Part shown: one piece after another, positions 54,135 through 64,000 of the stretch
Layout: every line of letters begins with the position of its first letter
Numbering within the stretch: the first letter of the stretch is position 1
NCBI RefSeq assembly: GCF_009914755.1
Contig: NC_060928.1
Direction: 5' to 3' (one strand)
Source: the human T2T-CHM13v2.0 reference genome, Homo sapiens
DNA: 64,000 nt
Made by a program: the position numbers and the translations under genes
Notes under the pieces: generated by a model
Told to the model about the DNA's origin: nothing
Databases searched by the model: none
What the model saw: the letters and a program-made list of their open reading frames with translations, nothing else

Positions 54135-54400
54135 GTTTATTCATTCATATTCATTTATTCTCATGAAATTATTAAGAACCGAATATGAGCCAGATATTAT
54201 TCCAGGTTCTGGGAATTTCATAGTGATATAAAGAGAAAACCTTGCCCTTTTTGAAACTACATTATAGATGAGGTAGACAAACAATATACAAGATTAATAA
54301 CTAAAATATACAATAGGTTACATGGTAAAAAGTACAAAATATGATAACAAAGCAGTAAGGAAAAGTGAAGAATGTCAGAGCAAGTTTAGCGTTGCAAATG
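54135..54400 (-). mobile_element. L2 3' end
   Basis: TTCATTCATATTCATTTATT ... TATGAGCCAGATATTATTCCAGG. Confidence 0.65.
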
Positions 54401-54909
54401 TAGAGAAGGTTGTCAGAAATTTAGAACTAAGTATTTTCTTTCAAAGCATATTTTCCTTTTTATGGCCTCAACTCCAATCTCCAAGTAGAAAATATCCAAG
54501 CCTAAACTTTAGCCTTAATTTCCCAGTGGTGTTCTGGCTCCAAACACATAACAATATTTTGATAGATCCCCTAACAATTTAACATAATAGATTTATTATC
54601 ATAAAATTATTATAGTCTGATGTCTTTTGAGGACTTCTTTGACCATAATATTCTTTCCTCAACCCCTTCCAAAGCCTATGACTGGGGAAACCCTAAGCTT
54701 CATCAATTTGTGCAAATTCACAAACACTCATTCTCGAAGGATCTCTTTCTCTTCAGGGCTCCTTCAGGGCTTTGTCTGTGTGGCCTAAACACAAATATGA
54801 AGTTCAACGCTTTTTCAAATTTTGAAAAAAAAAAATCATCTTAAAAGCATTCATGAGCAATGTCAATTTAATAAAAGATTCTATAACAAAGGTAGAAAAG
54901 AATGTTTGC

Positions 54910-55680
54910 ATTGCAGTCATAGGTTGGGTTTCCCAAAATGAGATTGCCTTACAGGGGGTTGATTGGAGAGTGCTGTCAGGAACTACACCAGAAAGGCCAT
55001 GACAGTGCAGAACTGAAAAAAGGAAGAAGTTGAATTGTGATGATTAGGTTGCAAAAACGACCTCAAAAAACTGGAGCAGCGGGAGTTCTGAAGTTCAGAT
55101 GGCCTTCTGGAGATGCTCATAAGTGCAGCAAGTGTTCAATACTGCTGCTTTAAACAGTCACCCTCCTCTATCTTTGCTATGGAATCTTCTATAAAGTTTG
55201 CTGTCATAGTATCACTTATGTTGTGTCAGGTCCTCCAAGAAAAAGACACCAAGAGAGGATTAGCCATTTGCCATATATTTAAAATCGCCATAATTGTGAG
55301 GGAAATTGGGAAAGAGTAAGAAGGAAGTTGGCAATGCAATGACACTTTGATGAAGATCTAATCCTAGTTAAAGGAGAGAGAAGATTGGGTAGAAGCATCT
55401 CAGATTCAACACAATTATAATAGAGATTGGCAAGGCTGTTAGGGAGTCCTTGAATCAAATTTGCTTGTCAGAGGAGTCCTCTACCTCCTATGACTAGATT
55501 TACCTTAGTATTCTTTACTTGGTAAATTATTGGCTGGGAATAGTCCATGGGAAGCATGGACTTAATTTCAGAGCTCAGACAATTAAATGCACCTGCAGAG
55601 ATCTGCAAGGTGTATTCTTATAACTGCCACAATGAGGTGCTAGAGTTGCTGTTCCTGAATCAGGGCATGGAGGACATGAG
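54910..55680 (-). mobile_element. Ancient ERVL-class LTR relics (family uncertain)
   Basis: Degenerate antisense LTR-like motifs (TTGGAGAGTGCTGTCAGGAAC; ATTGGCTGGGAATAGTCCATGGGAAGCATGG). Confidence 0.4.
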
Positions 55681-55699
55681 TCTGGAATGTGAGAAATTC

Positions 55700-56037
55700 A
55701 CTGGGATATCCCCTAGTGCTTCTTTCTCTGTGATGAGAGTAAGTGAGCATTTTTAGCAATCATGGACTGAGAACACCAAAGTATTGAGAGGCGTAGAAAC
55801 CTCAGGAACAAAGATCTGTGCCCACGAGGAAATGGACCTAGACAGTAACAATCCCACTAAGATGAATGGTCTCCGAAATGGGAAGTAGAGAAAGAAGACA
55901 TTGAATATAGGTTGAATATAGATTATGGCATCTAATCTGTAGCAGCAGATACATTTCACTAACAATCTTAATTTAAGCTCTTATTTTAGATACTGAGTAC
56001 AGCCACTATTTTGAAATGCCAGCGACAGAGTGGAATC
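55700..56037 (+). mobile_element. Ancient ERVL internal 3' end (host of the HERV-H insertion)
   Basis: Appears to continue after the provirus at 62197 into a PPT and an LTR16-like element. Confidence 0.45.
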
Positions 56038-56487
56038 TTTCATGCACGTCCGTGTGAAGAGACCACCAAACAGGCTTTGTGTGAGCAACATGGCTGTTTA
56101 TTTCACCTGGGTGCAGGCAGGCTGAGTCCGAAAAGAGAGTCAGCAAAGGGAAATAAGGGTGGGGCCGTTTTACAGGATTTGGGTAGGTAAAGGAAAATTA
56201 CAGTCAAAGGGGGTTTGTTCTCTGGCGGGCAGGAGTGGGGGTTGCAAGGTGCTCAGTGGGGGTGCTTTTTGAGCCAGGATGAGGCAGGAAGAGGACTTTC
56301 ACAAGGTAATGTCATCACTTAAGGCAAGGACCGGCCATTTACACTTCTTTTGTGGTGGAATGTCATCAGTTAAGGTGGGGCAGGGCATATTCACTTTTGT
56401 GATTCTTCAGTTACTTCAGGCCATCTGGGTGTATACATGCAAGTCACAGGGGATGTGATGGCTTGGCTTGGGCTCAGAGGCCTGACA
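56038..56487 (-). mobile_element. 3' LTR7 (450 bp)
   Basis: Minus strand TGTCAGGCCTCTGAGCCCAAG ... GCATGAAA. AATAAA at 56097-56102. TATA mutated to TGTAAAA. Confidence 0.97.
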
Positions 56488-56500
56488 TTCCTGCCTTCTT
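56488..56500 (-). other. Polypurine tract
   Basis: AAGAAGGCAGGAA immediately before the 3' LTR. Confidence 0.9.
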
Positions 56501-57109
56501 ATATTAATAAGAAAAATAAAACAAAATAGTGTTGAAGTGTTGGGGCGGCGAAAATTTTTGGGGGGTGGTATGGAGACAGAATGGGCGATGTTTCTCAGGG
56601 CTGCTTCAAGCGGGATTAGGGGTGGCGTGGGAACCTAGAGTGGGAGAGATTAAGCTGAAGGGAGGCCTTGTGGTAAGGGGTGATATTGTGGGGATGTTAG
56701 AAGAAACATTTGTCGTATAGAATGATTGGTGATGGCCTGGATACGGTTTTGTACGAATTGAAAAACTAAATGGAATAACAGAAGGAGAAAAACAGGCATA
56801 AAAGGTTTAAGAATTGGGATGACTCAGGATATCTGATTAGAGAGTGCCTAAGGAGATTCAGCATAGTCCTGCCAGCAAAGATTATTTATTTACTTCAAGA
56901 GTTAAGAGTGGCAGTTTGGGGATAGCACCAGGAGATATCAGCTGTGATGGCTTGGAAAAACAGTGTAAACCAGCAGTGAAAACAAGAGCAGGGCATGTAT
57001 GAGTAGTTGAGAATGGTGAATAGGAGTATGACTAGACAAAAGATAGTAGGGATGACAAGTTTTTTTGGGGCACAGTCTAAGTTGGTCTGGTGTCGAATGA
57101 GACTGGGGC

Positions 57110-58880
57110 CTAATAAAAAGGAGCATCTATACAGGAGCTTAAATGGGCTGTACCCTGTAGCATTCTGAGGACAGGCCTGAATTCTGAGAAACGAAAGTGG
57201 TAAAAGTATTGTCCAGTCCTTTTTAAGTTGGTGGCTGAGCTTATTGAGGTGTGTCTTTAAAAGATCTTTAGTCCGTTCTACTTTTCTTGAAGATGGAGGA
57301 CCGTAAGGGATATGAAGGTTTCACTGAACCCTAAGAGCCTGAAAAACTAATTGGCTGATTTGAGTAATAAAGGCTCGTCTGTTATCAGACTGTATAGAGG
57401 TGGGAAGGCTAAACTGAGGAATTATGTCTGACAGAAGGGAAGAAATGACTGTGGTGGCCTTCTCAGACCCTGTAGGAAAGGCCTTTACTTATTCAGTGAA
57501 AGTGTTTATTTAGACTAAGAGGTATTTTAGTTTCCTGACTTGGGCATGTTGAGTAAAGCTAATTTGCCAGTCCTGGGTGGGGGCAAATCCTCGAGCTTGA
57601 CGTGTATGGAAGGGAGGGGGTCTGAATAATCCCTGAGGAGTAGAATAGCAGATGGAACACTGAGAAGTTATTTCCTTGAGGGTAGATTTCCACGATGGAA
57701 AGGAAATGAGAGGTTCTAAGAGGCAGGCTAGTGGCTTGTACTATAGCATAGCCTGCCTTTGCTGGTATGTGGCGATTAGGCCTGGTGGAACTGCCATCAA
57801 TAAATCAAGCGTGATCAGGGTGAGGAACAGGAAAAGAAGGAAATATGGGGAAATGGGGTGAATATCAGGTGGATCAGAGAGATACAGTCATGGGGGTCAG
57901 GTGTGGTATCAGGAATAATGTGGGAGGCCAGATTGAAGTCCCGGCCAGGAACAATGGTAATTGTGGGACTTAACAAAGAGTGAGTACAGCTGAAGGAGCC
58001 GGGAAGCAGAAAGTATATGCGTCAGATATGAGGAAGAAAATATATTTTGGAAGTTATGAGAAATGTAGAGAGTGAGTTGAGCATAGTTTGTGATTTTTAG
58101 GGCCTCTAAAAGTATTAAAGCAGCGGCAGCCGCTGCACGCAGACATGAGGGCTAGGCTAAAACAGCAAGGTCAAGTTGTTTGGACAGAAAGGCTACAGGG
58201 TGCGGTCCTGGCTCTTCTGTAAGAATTCTGACCACACTAACCATGCCTAGGAAGGAAAGGAGTTGTTGTTTTGTAAGGGATTGAGGTTTGGGAGATTAAT
58301 CAGACACAATCAGCAGGGAAAGCACGTGTGTTTTTATGAGAATTATGCCGAGATAGGTAACAGATGAGGAAGAAATTTGGGCTTGATTGAAGTAATGGGG
58401 GCTGTCTGTGAAGCCTTGTGGCAGTACAGCCCAGGTAATTTGCTGAGCCTAATGGGTGTCAGGGTCAGTATAAGTGAAAGCAAAGAGAGGCTGGGATGAA
58501 GGGTGCAAAGGAATAGTAAAGAAAGCATGTTTGAGATATAGAACAGAATAATGGGTAGTAGAGGGAGGTATTGAGGATAGGAGAGTATATGGGTTTGGCA
58601 CCACGGGGTGGATAGGCAAAACAATTTGGTTGATAAGGCGCAGATTCTGAACTAACTTGTAAACCTTGTCTGGTTTCAGGACACTTAAAATGGGGGAATG
58701 GTAAGGAGAGTTTATAGGCTTTAAAAGGCCATGCTGTAGCAGGCGAGTGTTAACAGGCTTTAATCCTTTCAAAGCGTGCTGTGGGATGGGATATTGGCAT
58801 TGAGTGGGGTAAGGGTGATTAGGCTTTAATGGGATGGTAATGGGCCTGTGATCAGTTGCCAGGGAAGGAGTAGAGATATC
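57110..58880 (-). pseudogene. pol: HERV-H pol relic (RT, RNase H, integrase) with stops and deletions
   Basis: RT motifs SPYHSPIL...YKLVQNLRLIN, VLYLKHAFF (catalytic Asp lost) and LPQGF; YxDD not found. Integrase motifs AFPTGSEKAT and GYSPFKLLY. Only about 0.6 kb remains where env would lie. Confidence 0.9.
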
Positions 58881-59240
58881 CTATACTTGCGGGTTAAGGT
58901 GGGGGGATATGAGAGGAAGACTCGAAGGAGGCTTTGGGTTGGGGAGAAGGGCGGCAATGAGATGTGGCTGTAGTCCAGGAATAGTCAGGGAAGCAGATAA
59001 TTTGGTTAAAATATCTCGGCCTAATAAGGGAACTGGGCAGGTGGAGATAACTAAAAAAGAGTGCATAAAAGGGTGTTGTCTAAGTTGGCACCAGAGTGGG
59101 GGAGTTTTAAAAGGTTTAGAAGCCTGGCTGTCAATACCCACAACAGTTATGGGGGCAAGGGAAACAGGCCCTTGAAAAGAAGGTAATGTGGAGTGGGTAG
59201 CCTCCGTATTGATTAAGAAGGGGACGGACTTACACTCCAC
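58881..59240 (-). pseudogene. pro: HERV-H protease relic
   Basis: FLINTEATHS (active-site DTG changed to NTE) and LLGRDIL motifs. Confidence 0.9.
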
Positions 59241-59289
59241 TGTGAGTTACCTAAAGCTCGGCGTCCGTGATGGTCTACGGGGCTTCTGA

Positions 59290-60521
59290 GGTGATCAGGC
59301 AGCGTCGGTCTTCAGCCGGCAAGCCAAGAAGGAGTCAGTCAGAGAGCCTTGGGCCAGAGTTCCAGGGGCTCTGGGAGTGGCTGCCAGGTGAGTTGAACAG
59401 TCCAATTTCCAGTGGGGTCCCACACAGATGGGACACGGCTTAGGAGGAATCCTGGGCTGCAGGCATTCCTTGGCCTGGTGATCAGATTTCTGGCACTTGT
59501 AGCAAGCTCCTGGGGGAGGAGGTTCTGGAGGAACGCCTGGCTGCTATGGTTCAGGCGTTTGGAAATTCTTGTGTGCTGGAGATGTGTCTGGGCTTTGTCT
59601 CACAGTGGAGGCAAGGAATTGCAACTTTTTTTCTGTTATTGCACACCTTGAAGGTGAGGTTAATTAAGTCCTGTTGTGGGGTTTGAGGGCCAAATTCCAG
59701 TTTTTGGAGTTTTATTTAATGTTGGGAGCAGATTGGGTAATAAAATGTATATTGAGAATAAGACGGCCTTTTGACCTTTTAGGGTCTAGGGCTGTAAAGC
59801 GTCTCAGGGTTGCTGCCAAACGAGCCATGAACTGGGCTGGGTTTTTATATTTGATGAAAAAGAGCCTAAATGCTATCTGATTTGGGATAAAGAAAAAGGA
59901 GCATTAACCTTGACTATGCCTTTAGCTCTAGCCACCTTTTTAAGAGTAAATTGCTGGGCAGGAGGGGGAGGGCTAGTCACAGAACGAAACTGTAAGCCAG
60001 ACCAGGTGTGAGGAGGGGAGGTGATAAAAGGATTATAGGGTGGAGGAGCGGAGGCTGAGGAAGAATTGGGACCTAGCTCGGCCTGGCGAGGAGCAGCCTG
60101 GGGAGGAAGGGAGAGGTCAGATGGGTCTGTAGAAAAGGAAGATTAGAAAGACTCAGCGACGCTTGGTGTTGGTACTGGGGGGACAGGCAGGAGGGAAAGA
60201 AGGAAGATTTGGGACAAGTTGCACTGGGCACAGAGACTAGGAAGGGACTGATGTGTAAAAGAATGCCTGGACGTCAGGCACCTCAGACCGTTTGCCTATT
60301 TTACGACAAGAATTATTTAGATCTTGCAGGATGGAAAAATTCAAAGTGCCATTTTCTGGCTATTTGGAACTACTGTTGAGTTTGTATTGGGGTCAGGCGG
60401 CATTGCAGAAGAAAATAAGGCATTTAGGTTTTAGGTCAGGTGTGAGTTGAAGAGGTTTTAAGTTTTTGAGAACACAGGCCAAGGGAGTAGAAGGAGGAAT
60501 GGAGGGCGGAAGGTTGCCCAT
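59290..60521 (-). pseudogene. gag: HERV-H gag relic
   Basis: ATG at 60521 (MGNLPPSIPPSTPLACVLKN), premature TGA at 60393-60395, CCHC zinc knuckle CYKCQKSDHQAKEC at 59463-59504. Confidence 0.9.
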
Positions 60522-60616
60522 AGTGAAGGAAGGAAGCCTAGAGAAAAGAGAGAGTAGAGAAACGGAGGGAAGGGATTTGGGGGTTCTTATCTTCCAGAAA
60601 AGTGGGAAAAGTGGTT

Positions 60617-61143
60617 GGGGTGCAGAAATAAGGGATTGGGGCACAGAGATATAAAAGGTTGGGGCACAGAAATAAGGGGTTGGGGTGCAGAGATATGAGG
60701 TTGGGGCTCAGAAATAAGGGATTGGGACACAGAGATAAGAGGTCGGGGTGCAGAAATAAGGGATTAGGGCAGAGAGATAAGAGGTCGGGGTGTGGAAATA
60801 AGGGATTGGGGCACAGAGAAAAGAGGTTGGGGTGCAGAAATAAGGGATTGGGGCACAGAGATAAGAGGTTGGGGTGCAGAAATAAGGGATTGGGGCACAG
60901 AGAAAAGAGGTTGGGGTGCAGAAATAAGGGATTGGGGCACAGAGATAAGAGGTTGGGGTGCAGAAATAAGGGATTGGGGCACAGAGAAAAGAGGTTGGGG
61001 TGCAGAAATAAGGGATTGGGGCACAGAGATAAGAGGTTGGGGTGCAGAAATAAGGGATTGGGGCACAGAGAAAAGAGGTTGGGGTGCAGAAATAAGGGAT
61101 TGGGGCACAGAGATAAGAGGTTGGGGCGTGGAAATAAGGGATT
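60617..61143. repeat. Minisatellite in HERV-H leader: 25 monomers of about 21 bp with 42- and 84-bp higher-order structure
   Basis: Alternating GGGGTGCAGAAATAAGGGATT and GGGGCACAGAGA(T/A)AAGAGGTT, counted by hand. Confidence 0.97.
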
Positions 61144-61591
61144 GGGGGTTCTTGCCCCGTAGAAAAGCGGGACTTGCCGCTAAGGGTGCAGGAGAAGGGG
61201 TTGAGGAATAGTTGCCCCTCTCCCAAAAAAGCAGAGAAGGGGTAGAGACAAGGAGAGAAGGGGTTGGGGTACTTGCCCCTTCCCCAGAAAAGTGGGACTT
61301 GCCGCTAAGGGTGAAGGACCAAGGCAGGCATTCCTGCGTGGTCTGACACCCTTGAAAGGTGGGTGTATAATCAGAGACGCGTCCCTGCAATGATTAAACA
61401 CCAAGGGAAGGCTGCCTTCCCAGTCTGTGACCGGCGCTGGAGTTTTGTGTCCACGGATAAAATGTGTCTCCTTTGTCTCTCCCAGAAAATGAAAGGAATT
61501 GAAATTAAGAGAAGGGAGGGATTGAAGAGTGAAAGGGAGAAAGTGGTTGAGGGACAGTGAGAGAGGTTGGAGAAGAGAGTAAGAAGAGGCC

Positions 61592-61600
61592 GCTTACCTG
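61592..61600 (-). promoter_or_regulatory. HERV-H major splice donor CAG|GTAAGC (exon ends at 61598)
   Basis: Near-consensus donor about 145 nt after the 5' LTR, the usual position in HERV-H. Confidence 0.85.
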
Positions 61601-61723
61601 ATTTAAAATTGGTGAGATGTTCCTTGGGCTGGTTGGTCTGAGGACCTGAGGTCATAGGTGGATCTTTCTCATGGAGCAAAGAACAGAAGTACAGGGGATT
61701 GATCTCCCAAGGGAGGTCCCCCG

Positions 61724-61741
61724 ATCCGAGTCAGGGCACCA
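61724..61741 (-). other. Primer-binding site, tRNA-His
   Basis: TGGTGCCCTGACTCGGAT, a 17/18 match to the tRNA-His complement TGGTGCCGTGACTCGGAT. Confidence 0.93.
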
Positions 61742-61743
61742 AA

Positions 61744-62196
61744 TTTCATGCACGTCTGTTTGAAGAGACCACCAAACAGGCTTTGCGTGAGCAACATGGC
61801 TGTTTATTTCACCTGGGTGCAGGCTGGCTGAGTCTGAAAAGAGAGTCAGCAAAGAGAGATAAGGGTGGGGCTGTTTTATAGGATTTGGGTAGGTAAAGGA
61901 AAATTACAGTCAAAGGGGGTTTTTTCTCTGGCGGGCAGGAGTGGGGGTTGCAAGGTGCTCAGTGGGGGTGCTTTTTGAGCCAGGATGAGCCAGGAAAAGG
62001 ACTTTCGCACGGTAATGTCATCACTTAAGGCAAGGATCAGCCATTTACACTTCTTTTGTGGTGGAATGTCATCAGTTAAGGTGGGGCAGGACATATTCAC
62101 TTCTTTTGTGATTCTTCAGTTACTTCAGGCCATCTGGGTGTATACATGCAAGTCATAGGGGATGTGATGGCTTGGCTTGGGCTCAGAGGCCTGACA
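61744..62196 (-). promoter_or_regulatory. 5' LTR7 (453 bp), LTR7up-like promoter/enhancer
   Basis: TATAAAA at 61874-61880, ACAAAAGA SOX-like motifs at 62052-62059 and 62102-62109, KLF-like CCCCACCC at 61863-61870. Confidence 0.9.
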
Positions 62197-62242
62197 GAAT
62201 CTGTATTGGATGTAAGCATATCTGAGCAGTGCAAGAGGTAGA

Positions 62243-62561
62243 CGGTAGCCAACACAATGGATAAAGCACTCAATATTTCCTTGGCTTGCTTGTGTCTTCA
62301 CCTGCAATTGTGGAGAAAAAAATGCCCATCTCTCAGTAGTACTATCCAGAAGCATATTCATCACAGTTTGTCAGAGGATACTCAGCAGAAGTGAGTCCCA
62401 ACAATCCACTCATTAACACATTCTATGCTGGCTTTTTCTTTCTTCCACTCTCACTTTTCCTATTCTCTGGCTTTTTTTTTTTTTTTAATCATCTACTAAA
62501 TAAAGTACTGGTATCCAAGTTTTTATATCATGGTATTTTGAGGGGACTACAAACTAAGATG
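62243..62561 (+). mobile_element. LTR16-like ERVL LTR
   Basis: Preceded by PPT-like AAGAGGTAGAC; ends with AAATAAAGTACT ... GAGGGGACTACAAACTAAGA. Confidence 0.65.
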
Positions 62562-64000
62562 ATAAGAAAACTAGGCTTTGTTCTTAACTGTCAGGAAGCT
62601 TTTTAGATAGCATTTACTATTTTGGTTCCAGTCCTAAAAATTGTTTATAACCTTCCAGCAATATAGCTGGAAAACTGCAATTGTTCATTACTCTGATGGT
62701 CTCAGAATGTTAGTAACAAAATCATCTCCTATAGAGAGGAAAGCATTTTAACCTCATGATTTTATTATAATTGGAAACTGATGGCCTATGTTATTTTTCA
62801 TTCTTAATGTAATAACTATTTTGGTAGTTTTGAAGAAACTTCACTCACACACCACAAATCATTTTAATTTATTCTCTTCTGGTCAAAACAGGTTAAATAG
62901 ATTCAAAGAGCATGTACATTTTTTTTTTAGTTCAAAAAAGTTTCTGTAATAATTATCTCGAAATATGCTTATGAAACAAGATAGTGATTGCAAAATGCAT
63001 CATTTAGTGAAATAAATTATTTTTGTAGATTATTCAGTTATTCACATGCTAACTAGAAGGTAGGTGTCACAAATATTTAGGTGAAGAAGAGAAAAGCAAG
63101 ATATTTCTCCTTTTTTTCTCTTCTAATATAAAGTATAAAGATTGAGGAATAGAATATTGAAATGTGGTTTATTACATGGAAAGCTTTAGTGAGGAGACAT
63201 GCATCAAACAAAGAAAAGATCTTTTCACCAATGCCTTTTCATAAAGTCAGTAATGGTGTTTATAATGGTGCCTATCTCTGGTTAAACAAACAGCTAGTTT
63301 TGTTTTGTTTTCTTTCTAAAAGAAATTAAAAATCTGAGTGACCACCAAAATTTCAGAATCAACATTGTAAGTTCAAAACTCCACATTTCACTAAATATCA
63401 TCAATAATGGTTTAAATTTCAAGCATCATGAAACCTTGCTAACATTTTCCCTTATCATTTCTTTGTTTCATAAATATTTGAAAAATATCATTGATTAAAA
63501 ATCCCATCATTTTAATAGTAAGTTAATTTTTATAGTAAATTAGTACAAAAGTGCATGTTCTGAAACTCAACTGGCCAGAAATGAAGGAAGAACCTACTTA
63601 CGTCTTTTGTACCCAGAAGAACACCATTACTGGAAGACAAACTATTAATATGATCTTGTAGGAAAAATTAACTAGACAAGGAAATGCCTTAAAATTCCTA
63701 TTTTATTTCAGAGAAATCAAACATTAAAGTCTCCACAATATAAAAGTTTAAATATTTAATATTTTTCATGTAACAAGTTTTGGAATTGTATTTCATCATT
63801 TTGAATAAACATGGTAGGAAAATAATGCTTCTATGCTTTAATAATGATTCTAATAATTTTACTTTTTACAGAAATTTAATATGGTGGGACTAAGGAAAAT
63901 GCTAATTTACATTCTTTATTTTTCCTTTCTAAAGACAATGATGCGTTTACATTTCTATGGTAATGATGCAGTTCTGAAATAGATTCTTTTGCATGCACAG

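Larger units (their letters stand above)
56038..62196 (-). mobile_element. HERV-H provirus, 6159 bp, two LTR7s, common internally deleted form
   Basis: Two about 96% identical LTRs, 5-bp TSD GAATC (56033-56037, 62197-62201), tRNA-His PBS, PPT and gag/pro/pol relics. Confidence 0.98.

Noticed and set aside
60617-61143. CRISPR-like appearance of the array
   Set aside because: No unique spacers, no cas genes, and a eukaryotic retroviral context.
60659-61390. Long repetitive ORFs (139-208 aa) in four frames
   Set aside because: By-product of a 21-bp repeat unit divisible by three; the 208-aa frame has no ATG and the frames are open on both strands.

Overview
This is primate (human or ape-like) genomic DNA: AT-rich, CpG-depleted, with Alu, L1PA and HERV-H elements. 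I found no convincing cellular protein-coding exon, RNA gene or CRISPR array; nearly all listed ORFs are chance or transposon-derived. The main feature is a two-LTR HERV-H provirus on the minus strand (56038-62196). It has a GAATC target-site duplication (TSD), LTR7 LTRs resembling the pluripotency-active LTR7up type, a tRNA-His primer-binding site, dead gag/pro/pol, a largely deleted env, and an expanded 21/42/84-bp higher-order tandem array in its leader. Its 5' LTR keeps the TATA box and the major splice donor is intact. A strongly bounded 287-bp candidate exon lies in unique sequence 13.7 kb downstream (47903-47617), suggesting an LTR7-driven spliced lncRNA; this is inference and needs RNA data. 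The middle of the window (about 29.1-42.9 kb) is a four-level nested L1/L1/L1/THE1 stack with two LTR-anchored deletions. The rest is solo LTRs, Alus, MIR/L2 relics, DNA transposon fossils and a few local palindromes and duplications. Subfamily names are recalled from consensus sequences, not from a search, and the boundaries of old elements are approximate.
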